This document shows, one piece after another, positions 60,195-64,000 of a stretch of DNA of 64,000 bases. This DNA is from an uncultured Pseudomonadota bacterium (GTDB taxonomy: Bacteria > Pseudomonadota > Alphaproteobacteria > Caulobacterales > Caulobacteraceae): the NCBI GenBank assembly GCA_963763385.1, contig CAVXOD010000003.1:66270-130269 (forward strand). Reading direction: 5' to 3'. Positions within the stretch are counted from its first letter, which is position 1. Each line of letters starts with the position of its first letter. The position numbers and the translations under genes were made by a program. The notes beneath the pieces were generated by a model that saw only the letters and a list, made by a program, of their open reading frames with translations, did no database searches and had not been told where the DNA came from.

Positions 60195-60319
60195 ACGCCA
60201 TCGACGCCCTCTATTGGGCGCATGAGATCAATCGATTGGACCCCCTTCCCATCCAGGCTTAAGGACGAGGTGCGCTCGGGCCCTCCGTGGCCCGCCCAAC
60301 CCCTAAGAGGACGAGACCG

Positions 60320-60736
60320 ATGCCCCTTGCCAACAGCAAGACCGTGCAGAACCTGAAAGACGCCTTCGCCGGCGAGAGCCAAGCCAACCGCCGCTATCTC
60401 TATTTCGCGCAGAAGGCCGACGTCGAAGGCTACAACGACGTCGCCGCGGTGTTCCGCTCCACCGCCGAGGGCGAGACCGGCCACGCCCACGGTCACCTCG
60501 AGTTCATGGAGGAAGTCGGCGACCCGGCCACCGGCCTGCCGATCGGCCCCACCGGCTCGAACCTGAAGGCCGCCATCGCCGGCGAGACCCACGAGTACAC
60601 CGACATGTACCCCGGCATGGCCCGCACCGCCCGCGACGAAGGCTTCGACGAGATCGCCGACTGGTTCGAGACCCTGGCCAAGGCGGAAAAGTCCCACGCC
60701 GGCCGCTTCCAGCGCGCGCTGGACACGCTGGACTAG
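60320..60736 (+). CDS. Rubrerythrin (short, aerobic type)
   Basis: [23 protein letters not shown]...MYP and AEKSH motifs; no rubredoxin domain. Confidence 0.95.
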   Translation: MPLANSKTVQNLKDAFAGESQANRRYLYFAQKADVEGYNDVAAVFRSTAEGETGHAHGHLEFMEEVGDPATGLPIGPTGSNLKAAIAGETHEYTDMYPGMARTARDEGFDEIADWFETLAKAEKSHAGRFQRALDTLD

Positions 60737-60750
60737 GAATGCCCGCACGC

Positions 60751-60904
60751 CCTCCCTCCCCTCGTGGGGAGGGAAAGGCGATGCGAAGCGTCGCCAGGGT
60801 GGGGGAGTCGGACGCCTGCACAGGCGCCGTCCACCTCAGCCGTCTTCGGACTCCCCCACCCTGACCGCTTCGCGGTCTGTCCCTCCCCGCAAGGGGGAGG
60901 GAGG
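60751..60904. repeat. REPIN-like element
   Basis: CCTCCCTCCCCTCGTGGGGAGGG...CCCTCCCCGCAAGGGGGAGGGAGG; related to 9586-9739. Confidence 0.78.
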
Positions 60905-60912
60905 AAGCACTT

Positions 60913-62284
60913 ATGACCGACACCCCGCCCACCGCCGAAGCGCCGCGCGAAGGCTCGCTCGAGGCGCCGTTCCGCCATCCGATCGCCTGGCGCGATCCGG
61001 CGTTCTACGACCTGGAGAAGGTCGAGGCGGAGATGGAGCGGGTGTTCGAGATCTGCCACGGCTGCCGCCGCTGCTTCAATCTGTGCAACTCGTTCCCGCG
61101 CCTGTTCGACATGATCGACGAGGGCAAGACCGGCGAGGTCGACGGCGTGCCGAAGGCGCGCTACGGCGAGGTCACCGAGGCCTGCACGCTCTGCGACATG
61201 TGCTTCATGACCAAGTGCCCCTACGTGCCGCCGCACGAGTGGGCGGTCGACTTTCCGCACCTGTTGCTTCGCCACCGCGCGGCCAAGCGCAAGGCGGAAG
61301 GCGGCGAAGTGATCCGCGAGCAACTGGGCCAGACCGACCGCAACGGCAAGCTCGCCGCGCCGATCGCGGGCCTGGCCAACTGGGCCAGCGCCAAGGGCAA
61401 CAACCTTACCCGCCCGGCGATGGAGGCGATGCTCGGCATCGACCGCGACGCGCTGTTGCCGCGGTATCACGCGAAGAAGGCGACTGACCTGGCCAGGGCG
61501 GCGCCGGCGCCCGATCCGGCAGGCCCGGCGTACGGCAAGAAGCGCGCGGTGATCTACGCCACCTGCTTCGCCGAATATAACCAGCCCTCGACCGCGACCG
61601 CGGCGCTGGCGGTGCTGGCGCGGCAGGGCGTCGAGGCCCGGCTGGTCTATCCGCAGTGCTGCGGCATGCCCCAGCTGGAGGCGGGCGACCTGGCGGCGGT
61701 GGCGAAGGACGCGGCGAAGGTCGCGGGCGATTTCGCCTCCTGGATCGCCGCCGGCTACGACGTTGTCACGCTGACGGCCAGCTGCGGCCTGATGATGAAG
61801 TTCGAGTGGCCGCTGATCCTGCCCGAGAACGCGTACGTGCGTTCGCTCTCCAGCGCGACCAAGGACATCTGCGAATACGTCGTCGGCCTCTCGAAGACCT
61901 ACGGGCTGGCCGAGGGCATGACCCCGATCGCGGGAAATATCACCCTGCACCACGCCTGCCACGCCCGGGCGCAGAACATGGGCGCCAAGTCCGCCGAGAT
62001 GCTGCGGCTGATCCCGGAGACCAAGGTCGACCTGGTCGAGCGCTGCTCCGGCCACGGCGGGACCTTCGGGGTGATGAAGGAGACCCACGCCGTCGCGGTG
62101 AAGGTGGGCAAAGCCCGCCGCCCGCCAGGTGGCGCAGAAGGGCAACGACACGCTCTGCTCCGACTGTCCGCTCGCCTGCAAGCACCTGGGCGAGCTGGTC
62201 AGCGCCGACCTGAAGGAGGGCGCCGCGCCGCCGACCCAGGCCCACCCGATCGAGATCCTGGCCCGCGCCTACGGCCTCGCCTGA
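60913..62284 (+). CDS. Rubrerythrin-associated Fe-S oxidoreductase (GlpC/CCG domain; frameshift near 62115)
   Basis: CHGCRRCFNLC, CTLCDMC...KCP, CCG and CSGHGG motifs. Confidence 0.9.
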
Positions 62285-62310
62285 TGGAAACCGCCCAGTT
62301 GGAACCTGCC

Positions 62311-62904
62311 ATGCCCCTCGCCGATCGCAAGATCACCGCCGCCGACATCCTTCCCGCCGCCGAGTTCGGCGCGCAGCGCAAGGCCCGCCGCGCCGCGTTG
62401 CTGCCTACGAAACGCCTACGCCGGGTGGCGCTGGGCCCCTGGTGCACGGTCTATTTCGAGAGCTTCGAGACCATGCTGTTCCAGATCCAGGAGATGTTGC
62501 TGATCGAGAAAGGCGGCGACGAACAGCTGGCCGACGAGCTGGCCGCCTACAATCCGATGATCCCGCAGGGCGCGGAGCTGACCTGCACGCTGATGTTCGA
62601 GATCGACGATCCGGACCGCCGCGCGCGAGTGCTGGCCGAGCTGGGCGGGGTGGAGGACCACTTCTTCCTCGAGATCGACGGCCGGCGCGCCGACGCGGTC
62701 CAGGAGGGCGACATCGAGCGCACCCGCGAGGACGGCAAGACCTCGTCCGTGCACTTCCTGCACTTCCCGCTGACCCCGGCCCAGATCGCCGCGTTCAAGA
62801 CTCCGGGCGCCCGCGTGCTGATCGGCTGCGACCACCCGAAATACGCCCACCTGGCCGTCATCTCCGACGACAGCCGCGCCGAGCTGGCGAGGGACCTGGC
62901 TTAA
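62311..62904 (+). CDS. DUF3501 family protein
   Basis: KR.RRV.LGP, FE..ET...QIQEM and SSVHFL.F motifs; context after rubrerythrin and the oxidoreductase. Confidence 0.88.
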   Translation: MPLADRKITAADILPAAEFGAQRKARRAALLPTKRLRRVALGPWCTVYFESFETMLFQIQEMLLIEKGGDEQLADELAAYNPMIPQGAELTCTLMFEIDDPDRRARVLAELGGVEDHFFLEIDGRRADAVQEGDIERTREDGKTSSVHFLHFPLTPAQIAAFKTPGARVLIGCDHPKYAHLAVISDDSRAELARDLA

Positions 62905-62923
62905 GCTCGGCCGCCATCGGTCT

Positions 62924-63031
62924 TTGTCATCCCGGAGAGCCGCGTAGCGGACTCATCCGGGATCTGCTTCACCGCCGGCGCAAAGCAGATCCCGGCTCTC
63001 CGCCGCTTCGCGGCTGCGGCCGGGATGACAA
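62924..63031. repeat. REP-like inverted-repeat element
   Basis: Terminal IR TTGTCATCCCG / CGGGATGACAA. Confidence 0.75.
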
Positions 63032-63128
63032 GATCTGTGAGGTTCGTGGTCAAAAAAGCTGACTCCCCGCGGCTCCGGCGGGGGCCTATCCTCGCGCCAT
63101 TGACCCAACAGCACATTGGAGGCGCGCC

Positions 63129-63881
63129 ATGATCGAGGTTCATTTCTGGCCGACCGGCAACGGCAAGAAGGTGATCATCCTGCTGGAAGAAGCGGGGATC
63201 CCCTACCGGATCAAGCCGGTGAACATCGGCAAGGGCGACCAGTTCGAGCCCGACTTCCTGAAGATCGCCCCTAACAACCGCATGCCGGCGATCGTCGACG
63301 ACGAACCGATGGGCGGCGGCGCGCCGATCGCGATCTTCGAATCCGGCGCGATCATGATGTACCTGGCTGAAAAAGCAGGAAAATTCTGGCCGCAGGAACC
63401 GCACAAGAAGTACGACGTCGCGCAGTGGTGCTACTGGCAGACCGGCAACCAGGGCCCGAAGATGGGCGAGCAGGGCAACTTCGCCCGCGCCGCGCAGGAC
63501 CCCAAGAACGGCGACCTGCACTACGCCCTCAACCGCTTCAACAACGAGGTGCACCGCCTTTACGGCGTCATGAACCTCGGCCTCTTCAACAAGCGCTACC
63601 TGGCCGCCGGCGAGTACACGATCGCCGACATGATCTGCTACCCCTGGTCGGTGAACTGGAAGATGCGCGGTATCGACCTGGACGAGTTCCCGAACGTGAA
63701 GCGCTGGCTGGACGAGATCGGCGAGCGGCCGGCGGTGCAGAAGGCGATGGCGCTGGGGCCGGAGTTCCGCGAGGACCCGGCGACGATCAGCGAGGAAGAG
63801 CGCACCCGCCGCGCCGGAATCCTCGCCAACCAGCGCGCCTGGCCGGTGCCGAAGGAATGGATGACCGCCGCCGCTGAATAG
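63129..63881 (+). CDS. Glutathione S-transferase (YfcG/YghU Nu class)
   Basis: PTGNG.K, PNNRMPAI.D, IFESGAI and YTIAD motifs. Confidence 0.93.
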   Translation: MIEVHFWPTGNGKKVIILLEEAGIPYRIKPVNIGKGDQFEPDFLKIAPNNRMPAIVDDEPMGGGAPIAIFESGAIMMYLAEKAGKFWPQEPHKKYDVAQWCYWQTGNQGPKMGEQGNFARAAQDPKNGDLHYALNRFNNEVHRLYGVMNLGLFNKRYLAAGEYTIADMICYPWSVNWKMRGIDLDEFPNVKRWLDEIGERPAVQKAMALGPEFREDPATISEEERTRRAGILANQRAWPVPKEWMTAAAE

Positions 63882-64000
63882 GCCTGCGCCGCGAGCTACC
63901 GGCAGGCGTATTGCGTCACGTCCGGCGGCGAGGCGCCCCAAGGTCCTGCGGATTGGCTCGCGCCAACTCTGCGGCCGCTGGCGCCGCGGCCGGAATAGAG

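Noticed and set aside
4346-62284. Mass pseudogenisation or programmed frameshifting in thrC, pdeA, tsaC, acyl-CoA dehydrogenase, efflux genes, SDR, QOR and others
   Set aside because: Isolated single-base indels in otherwise intact, partly essential genes, with no in-frame stops, fit long-read consensus error better. Only the IS630 A8 tract fits programmed frameshifting.
60913-62904. 663-aa oxidoreductase-DUF3501 fusion, and likewise the 503-aa MerR and 417-aa SDR fusion ORFs
   Set aside because: Artefacts of frameshifts that join separate genes.
1-64000. tRNA, rRNA or riboswitch genes
   Set aside because: None recognised. GTTCGA-like strings here belong to the cassette repeat or to coding sequence and lack cloverleaf context.

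Overview
A 64-kb, high-GC alphaproteobacterial chromosome segment. The gene order and the PdeA, UrcA and cox-thrC homologues suggest Caulobacteraceae (Phenylobacterium/Caulobacter-like; inference). The core backbone runs: cytochrome c oxidase cluster (ctaD-ctaB-ctaG-ctaE-DUF983-SURF1), thrC, M16 peptidase, rimJ, pdeA, yqgE, peroxiredoxin, acyl-CoA dehydrogenase, yceI/cytochrome b561, tsaC, vapBC, thrB, rnhA. After 43 kb come an MFS, an RND efflux system, lipid-metabolism genes, a rubrerythrin-FeS oxidoreductase-DUF3501 cluster and a GST. Many conserved genes carry single-base frameshifts, most likely long-read consensus errors. The main result is an ~18-kb accessory island (24.8-43.1 kb) and a ~2-kb mini-island (11.9-14.0 kb). 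Both are built as arrays of unrelated, mostly single-gene units separated by a conserved, co-oriented ~55-bp repeat: arm, 13-nt linker, arm, CGACCC, inverted arm. The repeat resembles a tyrosine-recombinase site rather than an integron attC, a CRISPR repeat or a REP. Three independent insertion sequences sit inside copies of this repeat. Two are IS110/IS1111-family elements whose non-coding regions carry target-guide loops matching two different parts of the repeat. No cognate integrase is visible in the window, so the cassette-system interpretation is an inference. Coordinates were counted by eye and may be off by a few bases.
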